Assembly (NCBI RefSeq): GCF_006345805.1
Contig: NC_043010.1
Location: 43,710,001-43,774,000 of the forward strand
Direction: 5' to 3'
DNA from: Octopus sinensis
Lineage: Eukaryota
Length of the DNA stretch: 64,000 nucleotides
The notes beneath the pieces were generated by a model. It was not told the DNA's origin and ran no database searches. It was given only the letters and a program-made list of their open reading frames with translations. Below, one piece after another: positions 1-12,177 of the stretch. The position numbers were made by a program, and so were the translations under genes. The stretch's first letter is position 1; each line of letters starts with the position of its first letter.

Positions 1-612
1 TGTAGGTCTGCATAAATATGTTTGAAATAGTTTATAGAATAGTCATCAAAAATAAATTTGATTGTATGTAGACATATTTAAACCTATTTTAATCTTGTAA
101 TAAAAAAGGAAAAAGCTTGCTTACAATTTTAGTGCATTGTAAGCAAGGATGGTTTTGATCATTATTATAGTTTCATCATGCATGATATAGTTGAGATCTT
201 GATATGACTCTTACTATGGTTGTTAGTAAAAATAGCGTGTCTAGCCATAGTGAATGGCATCTACTAGAGAAAATGATGCACAAGTAATTTTACAATACAT
301 CTCCAAATTGTATCAATCAATGTAGGAAAAGAAATGATTTTGTGTGAATAATGACTTTTCACATTGGCATAAAGCATTAAACATACTATGTAAAAATATA
401 ATCTTTTAAACCATCATATTATATGTGTGGGGGGGGGGTTCTGGGTTGGATCAATGAAAGAAAGTCACACTGTGATGAGCTTTAAATTTAAGGGTTAGAG
501 GACAGAACTAAATACTGAGAAGCATTTAGGTTGCATTTGTCTGTTTCTACATTTTAATGATAATGATATCAATTTCTTTTGAAGAGGCATGCTGCCAATT
601 TTTGTAGAGATA

Positions 613-1893
613 CGAGGGGCGTTCAATAAGTAATGCCCCTGACCCACTTCCCATAGCAGTAGAGCAACGAAACTTGGCACAGTTATTAGTCTTTTTCTAC
701 ATAGGAACCACCCAGGGTTACGTATTTCTCCCATTGTTTGATGCAGCTCTGAAGACCGTTTTTGTAGAAGACCCCAGCTTGGTCCTCCAACCACGACATG
801 ACTTCAGAAATCAAGGCTGCATCATCTGGGAAACGCCTTCCTTTCAAAAACAACTTCATGGCTGGGAAGAGGTGAAAATCAGAGGGTGCAGGTCAGGAGA
901 GTAGGGGGGATGAGTTCATAGCCGCACACCTGTGCTTCTGATCTGGCGACACGCGAGTTGTTGATCGGAGCGTTGTCCTGCAGGAGAATGCCTTTGCTGA
1001 TCTTGCCCCGCCTCTTGATTTTGATAGCTTCTCTTAATTTCCTCAAAAGTGAAGCATAATAGACTCCTGTAATTGTGACACCCTTTGCCAGGAAATCTGT
1101 CATCACTACTCCGTCCTGGTCCCAGAAGACTGTGAGCATGACCTTGCCAGCGGAGGGCTGCACCCTTGCCTTCTTTGGAGGGGGTGAGTCACGGTGCTTC
1201 CACTGCATTGACTGGGCTTTGGTCTCTGGATCATAGTGATGGACCCAGGTTTCATCCTGTGTAATCAGTCTTTTGAAAAATTTTGACTCATCTTCTTGGC
1301 ACATCTTCAAATTCATCCTCGCTCAATCGACACGTTCTTGCTTCTGGAAAGGTGTGAGCAACCTGGGAATCCATCTGGCAGACACCTTTTGCATATGCAA
1401 ATGGTCATGAATGATAGTTTCCACAGATCCGGTACTAATCTTGACCTCATGGGCTATTTGGCGAATAGTTATGCGTCAATCTTCCAAAATGGCAGCCTCA
1501 ACTTGACGAACAGATGCCTCATCAATGGCAGAAGGGGGCGACCAGATTTGGGAGCTGTTTCCACAAAGTTCCGACCATGTTTGAATTTACGATGCCAGCG
1601 TTTTACAAGGTCATATGATGGGGCATCATCACCATAAGTTACTTTTATTTCATCAAAAGTCTCCCGTGGTGTGCGTCCTTTCAAATACAAAAACCGCATC
1701 ACTGCTCGACACTCAACAGGCTCCGTTTCACACTTGACTCAGTTCAAACACCTGTAAATCAGAAACCACAATTAGTTCAGAGCTGTAATTTGCCACTTAA
1801 TCTATAGCGATATAAATAATTGCACATGCAAAATTTCAGCTAGATCAAACAACTGCAAGTGGGTCAGAGGCATTACTTATTGAACGCCCCTCG
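613..1893 (-). mobile_element. Full-length (1281 bp) mariner (DD34D-type) DNA transposon, transposase disrupted
   Basis: 37-bp TIRs CGAGGGGCGTTCAATAAGTAATGCC(C/T)CTGACCCACTT (1 mismatch) at 613-649 and 1857-1893, flanked by TA on both sides (611-612, 1894-1895). The minus-strand frames contain mariner transposase motifs (HTH region ...GRP, ITQDETWVHHYDPE, SAGKVMLTVFWD, QDNAP, YSPDL/SDFHLF, ...YVEKD*). Confidence 0.95.
686..1726 (-). pseudogene. Mariner transposase pseudogene (frameshifts; start ATG apparently mutated to ACG)
   Basis: The ORF-track pieces 1469-1702 and 879-1316 are consecutive transposase segments in different frames. The C-terminal stop lies at ~686-688. Confidence 0.9.
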
Positions 1894-2332
1894 TAATATA
1901 AAGTTAACTAAATTGACATCTAAGTATAATTATTACTGGTATTTATTTTACCAATCCCAAGAAAATGAAAGACAAAATCAATAGTGCAGGGTTTGAACTC
2001 AGCAAGTTATTGAACTGAATATTGTAAAGTACCCTGTCCAGCATTTGGGTATGTTTTAATTCTATATGGTTAATTCATAGATTAACCATATGGTTAATTT
2101 TTGTAGAAGAAGCAATATACTCAACTGAATGAAGTCCACTGTTATAGGTACATACCTTGGTGGAATAAAAGTTAAACTCTGACAGGATCTTAACTTAGAA
2201 TACTATAAGTTTGATGTTTTACCCATCATGTTATCCTTTAAATTTTATGCTGTATGTGTGGTAATACCAATTTATTTGTATATTTCTTACCAAAATGTTA
2301 GTCTACAGTTTATTTGTTTCTTTCTTTTGCAG

Positions 2333-2614
2333 GGCTGCTGTCTTAGACTGATGATGGAGTAGCTATTTTGGTTACGGCGCTGTGAGGGCTGCCCCCCCTA
2401 ACCATGGCTAGAAATGGTGTGGTGCAACAATGGCTTGAATGTGTTCCTGCATTGAACAGTAGTGCTGGCTGCTACAAAAGTGAAGATAATTCCTCACTTC
2501 TAGTGGTTGCCAAAACCAGCAAGAATCTCTTTGGTGGTTGTAGAAGCTTTGTATCCCTTATATTTGTTAGTTGCTCCTTTCCTTCCTACACACACACTAT
2601 AACTTTGCTTCTTG
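2333..2614 (+). other. Putative upstream (5' UTR or N-terminal) exon of the KIAA0232-like gene
   Basis: Strong acceptor ttgtttctttcttttgcAG at 2331-2332, ACCATGG at 2401-2407 and a candidate donor CTTG|GTGAGA at 2615. No transcript evidence is available. Confidence 0.4.
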
Positions 2615-3564
2615 GTGAGAGCACTGGGGCTTGCAAGCTGGTTGATTTACTTTACTCTTTTATACAGTTTTTAGCCGTCTTGTTAGTCATTCTTATTAAC
2701 AGACTTGTTGTAAAACATTTTTCTTTCGTTAATATTTTTTTCACCGAAATTCCTCTTCTCTTCTAAATTCTTTCTGCCTTTATTTTAATTATTTCTATTT
2801 AAATAATTTTTTTAAAAAGTAGCTTTGCAAAAAAATTTTTAAAAACTCAAGAAAACCAAGAACATATTTCTCTTCATAATTATAATTTATTCTAAATATA
2901 TATTTAAAGAAGTAGATTTAAAACAAAAAGGTTATTAATAATTAAAGACTTTAGTCCCAAACCACTCCAGCTGGATTGCTCACTTGTTTCGTTATGGCCA
3001 GCTTAACTACTATGAGAAAATGTGGTTTGTATGATAACTGTATTGAAACACTGTCGCTTAAATTGAATTCCAGTTGCTTTACCACTTTAGTCGCCCCAAC
3101 TTTATTGTTCTTTTTAATTCAAAGTAAATCATTTACTTCTTGCAATTATAGCTCAGGCCTCACCTTCAAGTCCCTGATAACATTCAAATCCCTTGACTCT
3201 ATTAAGACCAACAGCCGTCCTTTGCTCACTTATGCCCATATTGTTCATCTGTTTGGCTCAAGCTTTAACTCTTTCAGTTCCATACTTTCTCTGTTACTTG
3301 CTCTTTTTGTTTTTGCAAACTACACTCCTTTTGTGTTTAGCCTCTACTGCAGTCAATGCTCTAACACATCATTTCTTTCCCATTTTCACCACCAAACTGA
3401 AATGGCACTTGAAAACACTTACTATTATTTTTTCTCTGTTCTGCCATCAACTCTTTCTTCTCTCTCTGCTGCAACTGACCAGACATTCGTTTATTTTGAT
3501 CACTTTTTCACTCCTCTTCTTTCTAGTACTACTGCTGCAACCACATGCTGTTTTTCCTGCCCCA

Positions 3565-4668
3565 ATGCTTCATCCACCCTTTGTCCTTTGGCCCCACAAC
3601 AGCAGCAATGCTAAGGGCCAGGACTGTTCCTGGCTTCAATATCAGCAGTGCTGCAACTGCCAAGAAGCAGCAGACTCAGGAGCAGGTGGGGTGGAAACAA
3701 CTGCAGTGGTAGCAGGAGAAGCAGCAGGTGTGTGTACAATTCTAATGAGAGATCCAGAATTACGGATGTATGCAGGTGTGGCTGAAGTGGAATTAAAAAG
3801 TTCTGCTGTGGAACCACCGCCAGCAACAACAGAAGCAGTGGTGGCAGGTGCTGACTCACTGATGTTAAATACTATCACCACCAGCACCTCATCCACAATG
3901 ATAAGCGTGCGAATTCCTCAATCTTCTCCTCTTTCGCGCACCTCACCTCCTCCCCTTCTTTCTCCTCCATTCTCAGTTTCCTCTTCCACCATGTCATTAT
4001 CTTCAAGCCTAGTCTCTTCATCAGAGACTACCAAGGATTTGCCAGCACCCACTGCTGTCACCATGACAATAACATCAGCAGCTGCAACTAATGCTAGTAC
4101 TGTGGCTGTTTCAAATCTCCATCATTCTTCTTCAAAGTCTGTGTCAACGCAGAATCCGGTGTCTTCTTCATCAGTAGCTCCTCTACTGACAACTACTATG
4201 ATGATGATGATGTCTTCACCACTGTCATCTACATCCTCCTTGCGAAGGTCCACAAGTTCAGTGCACAACTGGTTTCAGTCAGAACTGGACATGCGAGGTA
4301 TTGAGTCAGTCTACTCTCGTTATATTATTAGTTTGCTCCTGCAACGGGACAAAGACAGTCATGAAGATAGTGGCAGCTGTGGACCTATTGAAGGGATCAC
4401 TACTGGCTTGTCCCACCTTCGTCGAGAACCCATGGTTACTACGAGCAATCAGAGTACCACTAAAGTTATGCCAGATGAATCAAAGGGAGTCAGTTGTGTC
4501 AGCAATACTAAAGTTTCCCTCTCCACTAGTGCAGGGCTCTCTGTGGCAGGGACTACTACTCAAGGGCGCCGGCAGAAAGGAGTAAACAAGAGGGAGAAGT
4601 TGCCTTTATCTGAAGAGGAGAGCAAAAAGAGAGAAGCAGTTCAGTGCCTTCTGGAGGTTTGTGATGAA
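3565..4668 (+). CDS. KIAA0232: KIAA0232-like (DUF4603) protein, coding exon 1 (start uncertain: in-frame ATGs at 3232, 3565, 3745)
   Basis: Long open frame. VHNWFQSELDMRGIESVYSRYIISLLL and LSEEESKKREAVQCL match the recalled human KIAA0232 N-terminus (VQTWLGQELEKCGIDAMIYTRYVLSLLL ... LTLEEMKKQAAVQCL). Donor GAA|GTAAGT at 4669, phase 0. A strong polypyrimidine acceptor is present at 3525-3526. Confidence 0.85.
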
Positions 4669-6487
4669 GTAAGTATTATTCTGAATCTGATTTAAAGCCT
4701 CTATATGTGTGTGTTTGTCATAATTTTTGTGGTGTATGGATGTAAATGTCCCTATCTGATGTGTTTCCAATTGAAGATATATATATCTTTAACTTACCAT
4801 TATTTTACATTTACTTACACGCTGGCATAAGTTGGATAAGTTGTCATGATCTGAGTCACTTCTTATTCAGAGTTATGACCCTTGACTATGTCTCACTTGC
4901 TTGGCTGTTCTGTTTTTTGATATGTCTTCTATAGCTAGATGCTCTTCCGAATACCTACCACTTTACAGATTTACTGGGTACACCCATTAGGGTGGTTGTA
5001 GTGCCTTCAATGAGACAAAAACGTCCTCTTGACACTACATTGTCTGTTCTTTTACCAACCACCTACACACTACATTGGTGTATTTTATTGTAGCACCAGC
5101 ATTTTGAGATCGCCTTCTACTCCGTGGAACCAGTCTTCATTACTCTATGTTGCCTCCATTCAATGTGACTATGAGAGTGGCGGAGAAAGAGCAATGATAG
5201 AATATGCACTAGGGTGCGAAGGTGAAAGAAATAAGAGTATGATGGGAGAAACTGATTGGAGAAGAGGGAGTAATGGAAGAGACAATACTGGAGGAAGTAA
5301 GGGTGCGAGCAGTAATCACAGTTACATGTTTGTTGGGAAGAGAGAGAGAGGGATGGATAATCATAGAGATAGGCTATGGTAAAAGAGAAAGTGATGGTTG
5401 TCACATAATGAGTGACCTGAAGGAAAGAAGTGGTACAGAAGGATGAAATTAGGAGGTGGCATGTGTCAGATACAAACAGATTTAATGCTATCTCTTGTTA
5501 CTCATGATGGAAGGGGAAAAGGTAGAATGATAAGAATAATAGTAGTAGAGAATTGAATATAGACAGATTCAGTGCCATTTCTTGTAACACAAGCACAGTG
5601 TGGTATAGTGAACAGGAGAGAGGGCAAGTGATAGTATTGAACATAATTAGTGACTGACCCAGATATAAATGTATACATCACTGTCACTATTTTCTGATTT
5701 ATTAAAAATATAATAAATTTGAATTTGGTACTATGTCTGTGAATAAATACTCATACTGGAATTAAATTTATAAATATTTTTAAAGCTCTTAGCCATTGTA
5801 GTACAGACATCTGGCTTGAGCACAAGAATATATACAGAGTACCTAAAGGCAAATAGATGCTAAATGATTTAATACAGTCACAGCTGATTGAGTCATTAGG
5901 GCTGCCAACCAGAGAGTCAATGGTTCACAAGCTGTTACAAGTGTAGTACTGTTTTTATTACCAAGACACTTAACTCTCCTGTCCACCTAACTGTAAGTAT
6001 GACAGGTAGTTATAGCTTGCAGTTGTCAGCATTGTAAACAACAATCATCTCCATAGTTAGCAAAGACGAATTCAAGTAGTTTTATATACCTGAGCCACCA
6101 ACATAGAATCATTAGTCCACTAGCTTATTTTAACCTTTGTCTAGCTGTTTCTAATCAGTACATTCCCTCTGTGTCTCAATTTATTGTCAATATTGTCAGA
6201 ATTTTGGAGGTTACAGTTTAGTATCTGTACCAGTGGTGGTTGCTAAGTCATGTTATCCACAATCATGCCATCCCATCCTTTTCTGAGACTTTCCAATGTA
6301 TCCTTTTGGGTGTGATTAGAGAGAGATTTAACTGTAATTCCAGCAGGTCAAATTATCATGCAGAAACTCCCTTGTTGGCTTGTTTATATACAGGTATTTA
6401 ATACCTATGTTGACCAAACAAAATCTCATGTCATTTCAGAACTAGATCTGTCTTTTTTTGTTCTTAAAGATTTGTTTCAATTCACAG

Positions 6488-6560
6488 GTGCAAGCAGGAG
6501 GAATTGAGAAATTAATAGAAGAATTAATGCTCAAATTGAAAGAATTGGAGAAGAAAGAAT
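6488..6560 (+). CDS. KIAA0232: KIAA0232-like coding exon 2 (VQAGGIEKLIEELMLKLKELEKKE)
   Basis: Acceptor ttcacAG|G and donor T|GTAAGT; 73 nt, phase 0 to 1. Matches recalled human SGIETLVEELCSRLKDLQSKQ. Confidence 0.9.
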
Positions 6561-7365
6561 GTAAGTATCCCTTATTGTCTGAGATACAAATATGTAAGGA
6601 ACTCTTTGATAAAACCTTAGAGGAATGAACATTGGAAATATTTGCCAAGAGCATTATTAATCTAAAGTGAAATAGCTTCATTCAAGAATGAAGACCAAGA
6701 TTCAGTTTACCAGGAACTTAATTTGATTTCCATAAATAGAAAAGCAAAATACTTATCTATTGTAATGCATTTTCTGTGTATGTGTGTCAATGTTTCGTGA
6801 TTGTTTTATTTTAATTTTGTATCTGAAGTACAAGTAGCATTTTTTTCTAACATATGGGTCTCTTTTTAATCATAAGTGATGTAGCCAAGATTTCTATGAT
6901 TAACATGATACTTAAAAGGTTGAAATCTTTTTATATTATAAAAATCTGTGAGTTGAGTTCTGTGGGTCAGTGGTCTTTGAGAGGCCTGTCAGACTTTTTA
7001 TCGGTTTTAATGAAGAAAAACAGGAAGTTGGATTTAGTGGATACATATAATATTGTGAAGAGCAGAGTTTGTTAGTCTATTTAATAGCAGTGTCAGAAAA
7101 AGGACACAGTTCGATGTTCCAGAGATTGAAGATCTCTAATAAAGGAGGTTTGCTGTAAGTTGATTACTCTAGCTCTCTATTATAAACTCATTTCAGTTAC
7201 CCTAAATAGATATTAGTGTAGACTACTTCATATATTGAATAAGTTGAATTTTTAAAAACTTTTACTTAGTATTCACATACTTGCATGTAAAAGTAAAGAG
7301 AAATGCATGTACACACACACACACTCTCTGATTTTTTTAAATTATTCATACCATCTCTGTTGTAG

Positions 7366-7444
7366 CAACTCAGAGAGAAGCAGTACCTGTCTCAGTAGTT
7401 ACAACTGACAGTTCAAAGTATGTAAAACAAGATCCAGCTGAAAG
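7366..7444 (+). CDS. KIAA0232: KIAA0232-like coding exon 3 (STQREAVPVSVVTTDSSKYVKQDPAE)
   Basis: Acceptor ctctgttgtAG|C and donor AAG|GTAAGT; 79 nt, phase 1 to 2. It bridges exons 2 and 4 exactly in frame. Confidence 0.85.
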
Positions 7445-8242
7445 GTAAGTCATATTTGCTTTCACCATCAACTAAAGCCAAATGGCTCTGAACAAGTATA
7501 TATTTCCTCTTGACAATTTGGTCGTAGTTGCCTCATCTTATGCTGTTTTATAGAGATAGTTTGTCATAAAAGATGTGCACATTGTATATCAATAACAACT
7601 CAGTGCTGAGCAATCAGATGCAAAGTAAGGTTAAGAGGTCCCTTAGTTCTTCTCACTGAAGACTTGGCAACCTACATAGTGCTAGTTCCAAAGTGAACAG
7701 TAAATGAGCAGAGAAAGCATGGTGTTTTGAGGTCTTACCAAAGACTTATCAACCTGTCTAGTGCTGGTGTTACAAGAAAATGCACCTGCTACACACTGTA
7801 AAATGGTTAGTGATAGGGAGGGCTTCCAGCCAGACAAACCAAGTCAAATGACATATACACCAGTCTATAAGAGCCATAACTCCCAGTAAAAATAACTTGA
7901 CTCATCCAAATGACTCATCCAACTCATGCAAGCTTGTAAATCAGACATAATACTCTCCCTCTGTCTATCATTCTCCTTTCATAATCGCATGAACTTGCCC
8001 ACCCACTCCTCTCCAATTCCAGGTCCACTTACCCTCTCACCCCATGACTCTTCTGGAGCAGTCTCAGGCACATTGATATCAAAAGGGTTAATGGTATTCA
8101 ATATGTTAACTCTTCTGATATCAATTTTTCATTGAAATACATTGCTTTTATTTCAAATAATTTGGGAAAATAACTAAAAATTTAATAAAATAACCTTTGT
8201 CCTTTTGTCTCCTGCAAAGGCTTTAAAGAAATGAAGCCAGCA

Positions 8243-8470
8243 TGTTCAGCTGGATATGCAATGTTAGTGTGCATGTGCAACAGAGTATGTTTAAGAGAAA
8301 AACTGGGTATAAGGGGTATCAGATGTAGTATGCAAGAGAGAAGACAGCTGTGTAGAGAAGAGCTGAACTGTGATTGTGGAAGGAACTGATGGAAGGGGTA
8401 GACCCAGAAAGACATGGGACGAAATAGTGAAATATAATCTTTGGTTACCGAGTCTCGTGCAGGTGATTAC
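8243..8470 (+). mobile_element. Degenerate RTE LINE C-terminal fragment
   Basis: Encodes VEGTDGRGRPRKTWDEIVK, the same C-terminal motif as the better-preserved RTE copies at 34855-35610 and 60616-61014. Confidence 0.75.
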
Positions 8471-8492
8471 AAGTGATCAAAATTTGGTTGGT

Positions 8493-8531
<39 letters not shown>

Positions 8532-8534
<3 letters not shown>

Positions 8535-9600
8535 GTAGTGATAGCTAATGGAACCACCTCTAGGGAAACACAAACAATTAGTGGTGTCCCACAGGGCACT
8601 GTCTTAGGGTCACTAATGTTCACAGTGGCCCTCTCAGATATACCCTCATCCACACACGGAACCACCCTCACAAGCTATGCAGATGGCATAAAAGTCTCAC
8701 AGGTACAAAACCTTGAAGATGGCATATACTTACAGCAAAAGTTAGGTGCAATATACAAGTAGGCTGGTGACAATAATATGCAGTTTATTGTTGGAAAGTT
8801 CCAAGGCTTATGCTATCCACAATGCAGACAAAATACACTCAACCTGGAGGTATCACAGTTCCAGAATCACAATTAGTAATTGACATGAGTCGTGATGCAT
8901 CCTTCCATGTGCATATTACTATGTTGGCAATGGAATACAGGTGGCTGACTAGCTGAATTCTTAGTACTTTCATAATAAGAGAGCAGGAAACTATGATGGT
9001 CCTCTGGAAAGCTTTTGTCCAAAACCATTTTGACTATTGCTCCCAAATAGGGTCATGATAGAGTGTGAAATTAATAGCAAAATTCGAAATAGTTCAGCAA
9101 AGCTGAAGAAGATAGCCTCAATGCAGCAAGTTAGTTACTGGAGAAGACTTTACTCCCTGGAATGAAGGTGGGAAAAATATACTACAATATACATATAGAA
9201 GATCCTGGAAGGACTTGTCCCAAACTTTGGCATTGGAAGTTATACAAATATCAGAACAGTGCACCATTCCACAGTGCCTAAAATCCTTCCATTACCATCA
9301 AAATATAGGACCAGATACTACCTTAGCTTGGGATTCAAGGTCTCAGCCTCTTCAGTATTCTCCCAAAGAAGCTAAGAGACCTACATGGTGTAGATGTAGA
9401 TGTCTTCAAAAGTGGATCTCCTGTTAAGAGTCCTGAATGAGCCAACTTCATAACAGGAAGTGGGAACGAGGGCAGCAGCCTTAAACTCCTTCATTCACCC
9501 AGTGCAAACTATTAAAGTAGGATTAAGGAAAGTGTGGCAACACCAGTTGACAGTGCCCTAGCATGGCCACAACCCTTGAGCTGACACTAATAAAAATAAA
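8532..9600 (+). mobile_element. Degenerate CR1/L2-clade LINE, reverse-transcriptase 3' part
   Basis: SGVPQGTVLGSLMF...SYAD(G) RT motifs, then LWKAFVQNHFDYCS and KILEGLVPNFGI, which are typical CR1-like C-terminal blocks. Many stops and frameshifts. Confidence 0.8.
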
Positions 9601-9863
9601 AGAGAAATATGTCTAAATGTGTGTGCTTGTATCGTTTTTAATCTATACAAGCAGTAGTATAGAAAAAGAGAGTTCAAAATGCTGTGAGAGTATATATGAA
9701 GATTTATTTAAATTAAAATTAATACAGTTAACTGGTTTCCCATTTGTATAATTTACAACTGTGTAAATTTTGAGAAACATGGAGCTGTGTCACAAATGTC
9801 ACAAACTATATTATATGTACGTTTGTGTGTGTGTGCATGTATAAATATATATATACACACACA

Positions 9864-9920
<57 letters not shown>

Positions 9921-9942
9921 TATGTATGTGTATGTATATATA

Positions 9943-10115
9943 TCATCATCCTCATCATTTAATGTCCATGTTCGATGCTGCTATATGTTGGATGGTTTGA
10001 CAAGATCCAACTAGCCTGCTTTGGTAATGTTTCTGTGGTTGGATGCCCGTCCTAACCCCAACCACTTTACAAAGTGTACTGGGTGCTTTTTTTTCATGGC
10101 ACCAGCACTGTGGTG
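9943..10115 (-). mobile_element. RTE 3'-end fragment ((CAT)n tail, GGATGCC..CCTAAC..CAACC block)
   Basis: Diverged match to the RTE 3' UTR seen at 34245-34450 and 59849-60020. Confidence 0.65.
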
Positions 10116-10779
10116 TCATGAAGTAACATATAAGGCAAAACTCTTTCACAGACAGGGAGTGCAGTATTAAAGAAGATATCGTTGTACCAGGTGTAGAGAA
10201 GCTAAAGTAGGAGAACAGGACAGAAATAGGTGCTGTAGAAGAGATACAAGGGTACCCCCAACTGAAAATGGAGAAAGGATGGTGGAGGTGAGGTATCAAA
10301 GCATGCCTTGAAAGTACAAGAAATGGAATAAAGAGAGAATAGGAGTGGGTGGGCAGAGAATTGAGCTTGGCTGGGTGGATAGGCAGGGGGATGAGATGAA
10401 GTATAGGGGAGGCAGAGGTAAGGCACACATCAGATGAATATGAGTTATACGAATATGCAAAAGAGATACCAGGGATAAAGATGAGAGAGTGTTCAGGAGA
10501 AATGGATGTTCACCGGATATATTGTGGTATGGGATGAAGTTGGGAGTGTGGAATGAGTGGCAAGTGGTTCCAAGAAAAGGAATTACTTCTGGTACAAAAA
10601 TGGAAAGGAATATGTTTTGCTCTCGTTGCAATTGAGCAGTAGTACTGTAGAAGAGGATGAGGGTTGGGTGGGTATTACAAAGATGAGTCAAGGAAAGGTT
10701 TGACAGATGTAAATGGGTGGGGAGGAAGCATAAATATTGATGATGTGCCTTTAGAATCTTATTTTTACTGAGACAGACA

Positions 10780-11490
10780 GGTTTTCTTCAATCATCTCAG
10801 TCCTTTGTCATCTCCTCTTCAACAACTTGAGGTCAGATTTCACTACTTCATCTCATTTTCTAGATCCCCTTCTTCCATGTGTACCATCCGCATTTAGCAA
10901 TCACCACATCTTGCTACAACTGTCTTCATCCATATGCACGGCATGACCATAGTAATGCAGTTATCTCTCTTGAAACAATGCATCTGATGCCTCTTATGTC
11001 CAGGTTTTCTCTCAGTACATTTGCGCTTTGTCATATGCACACACTGAGATTTCACATCTACCAAAGCATGTTAGTTTCATTCATTTATAATCTTCACATG
11101 TCCTCTGCATTCACAGCCCAAGTTTTACAACCATATAGCATTGCTGTTCATACACAAGCATCACACAATGTTCTTTTTGCTCTGAGAGAGGTTTTTTGTT
11201 ACCAACGGGGGTAATAGTTCTCTGAACTTTCTCTAGCCATTATAGCATCTATACTTTCAGTACATCCCCCTCCACTGCTAATTAGGTCTCCTATGGAACA
11301 AAAACTATCTACTAGCTCTTGTGTGCCTGTCACATTCATTGGTGATCAAGTGACTGGTAGGTTTCCTGAAGTTAGCATTACAGGTCAACAAGTCATCTGC
11401 AGAAGGAACTCATAGAAATGGTCCTTCTGTTCATCTGCCAGTCCACCTTGTGGAACATATGGTGAGATAAATGTTACTGTTGTATGATCT
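10780..11490 (-). mobile_element. Internally deleted, degenerate RTE LINE (APE fragment joined to RT C-terminus)
   Basis: The minus strand reads ISPYVPQGGLADEQKDHFYE (APE-like), GDLISSGGGCTESI, DACV.TAMLYGCKTWAV, homologous to the copy at 34855-35610. Confidence 0.75.
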
Positions 11491-11505
11491 AATACTTATC
11501 TTAAT

Positions 11506-11691
11506 TTGGATGTGGTAGCTGTTCCGCATGCTCCCTCTCCAGAATTGAACCCTGATTCCCCATTACCCATTGCCTCTATGCTCGGTACTTACTGGGCTGT
11601 TGTCAGTAGATAGGGCAAACTTGCAGGGAACCCATTGTATGAAGACTAGTTGATACTAGCTCATGCAATCATACTGACAGTTATTCAGAGT
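11506..11691 (-). pseudogene. Orphan, diverged 18S rRNA gene fragment (~185 bp, 5' third of 18S)
   Basis: The reverse complement reads GCCCTATC...GGGTAATGGGGAATCAGGGTTCAATTCTGGAGAGGGAGCATGCGGAACAGCTACCACATCCAA. This closely follows the conserved 18S block GCCCTATCAA...GGGTAACGGGGAATCAGGGTTCGATTCCGGAGAGGGAGC...GCTACCACATCCAA. Confidence 0.85.
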
Positions 11692-11696
11692 ACGTG

Positions 11697-12035
11697 TGAA
11701 GGCACATGATTCAGTGGTTAGTGTTTCAGGTTCACAACCATGAGGTAGTGAGTTCCATTCCCGGACTGAGATATGTGTTGTGTTCTTGAGCAAGACACTT
11801 TATTTCATGTTGCTCCAGTTCACTCAGCTGTAGAAATGAGCTGCAACGTCACTGGTGCCAAGCTGTATCAGACTTTGCCTTTCCCTTGGATAACATCAGT
11901 GGTGGGGAGACAGGAGGCAGGTATGCATGGGCAACTGCTGGTTTTCCATAAACAACCTTGCCCAGGCTTGTGCCTTGGAGGGGAACCTTCTAGTTGCAAT
12001 CCCATGGTCATTTATGATTGAAGGGGTTCTTTTAC
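11697..12035 (+). mobile_element. tRNA-derived SINE with CORE-like TGTGTTCTTGAGCAAGACACTT block
   Basis: A-box-like (TCAGTGGTTAG) and B-box-like (GAGTTCCATTCC) head. Related heads occur at ~22330-22410 (-) and ~63470-63620 (+). Confidence 0.65.
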
Positions 12036-12177
12036 ACAGAGACTACCAAGAATTAATTTCTTATGTTTACATATTGAAGCTAGATAATTGTTTAAATGTT
12101 TTACTTGTATTTTGTATGTTGAAAGTTCATCAGTAAGATGTAAAACTTAAAACTATCTTCTTTTCATTCTCTTTAAG

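Noticed and set aside
2976-3614. 212-aa + strand ORF, and the first ~120 codons of ORF 3193-4695
   Set aside because: Non-ATG track starts, and a composition like T-rich UTR/intron sequence. There is a strong acceptor at 3526. Not counted as coding.
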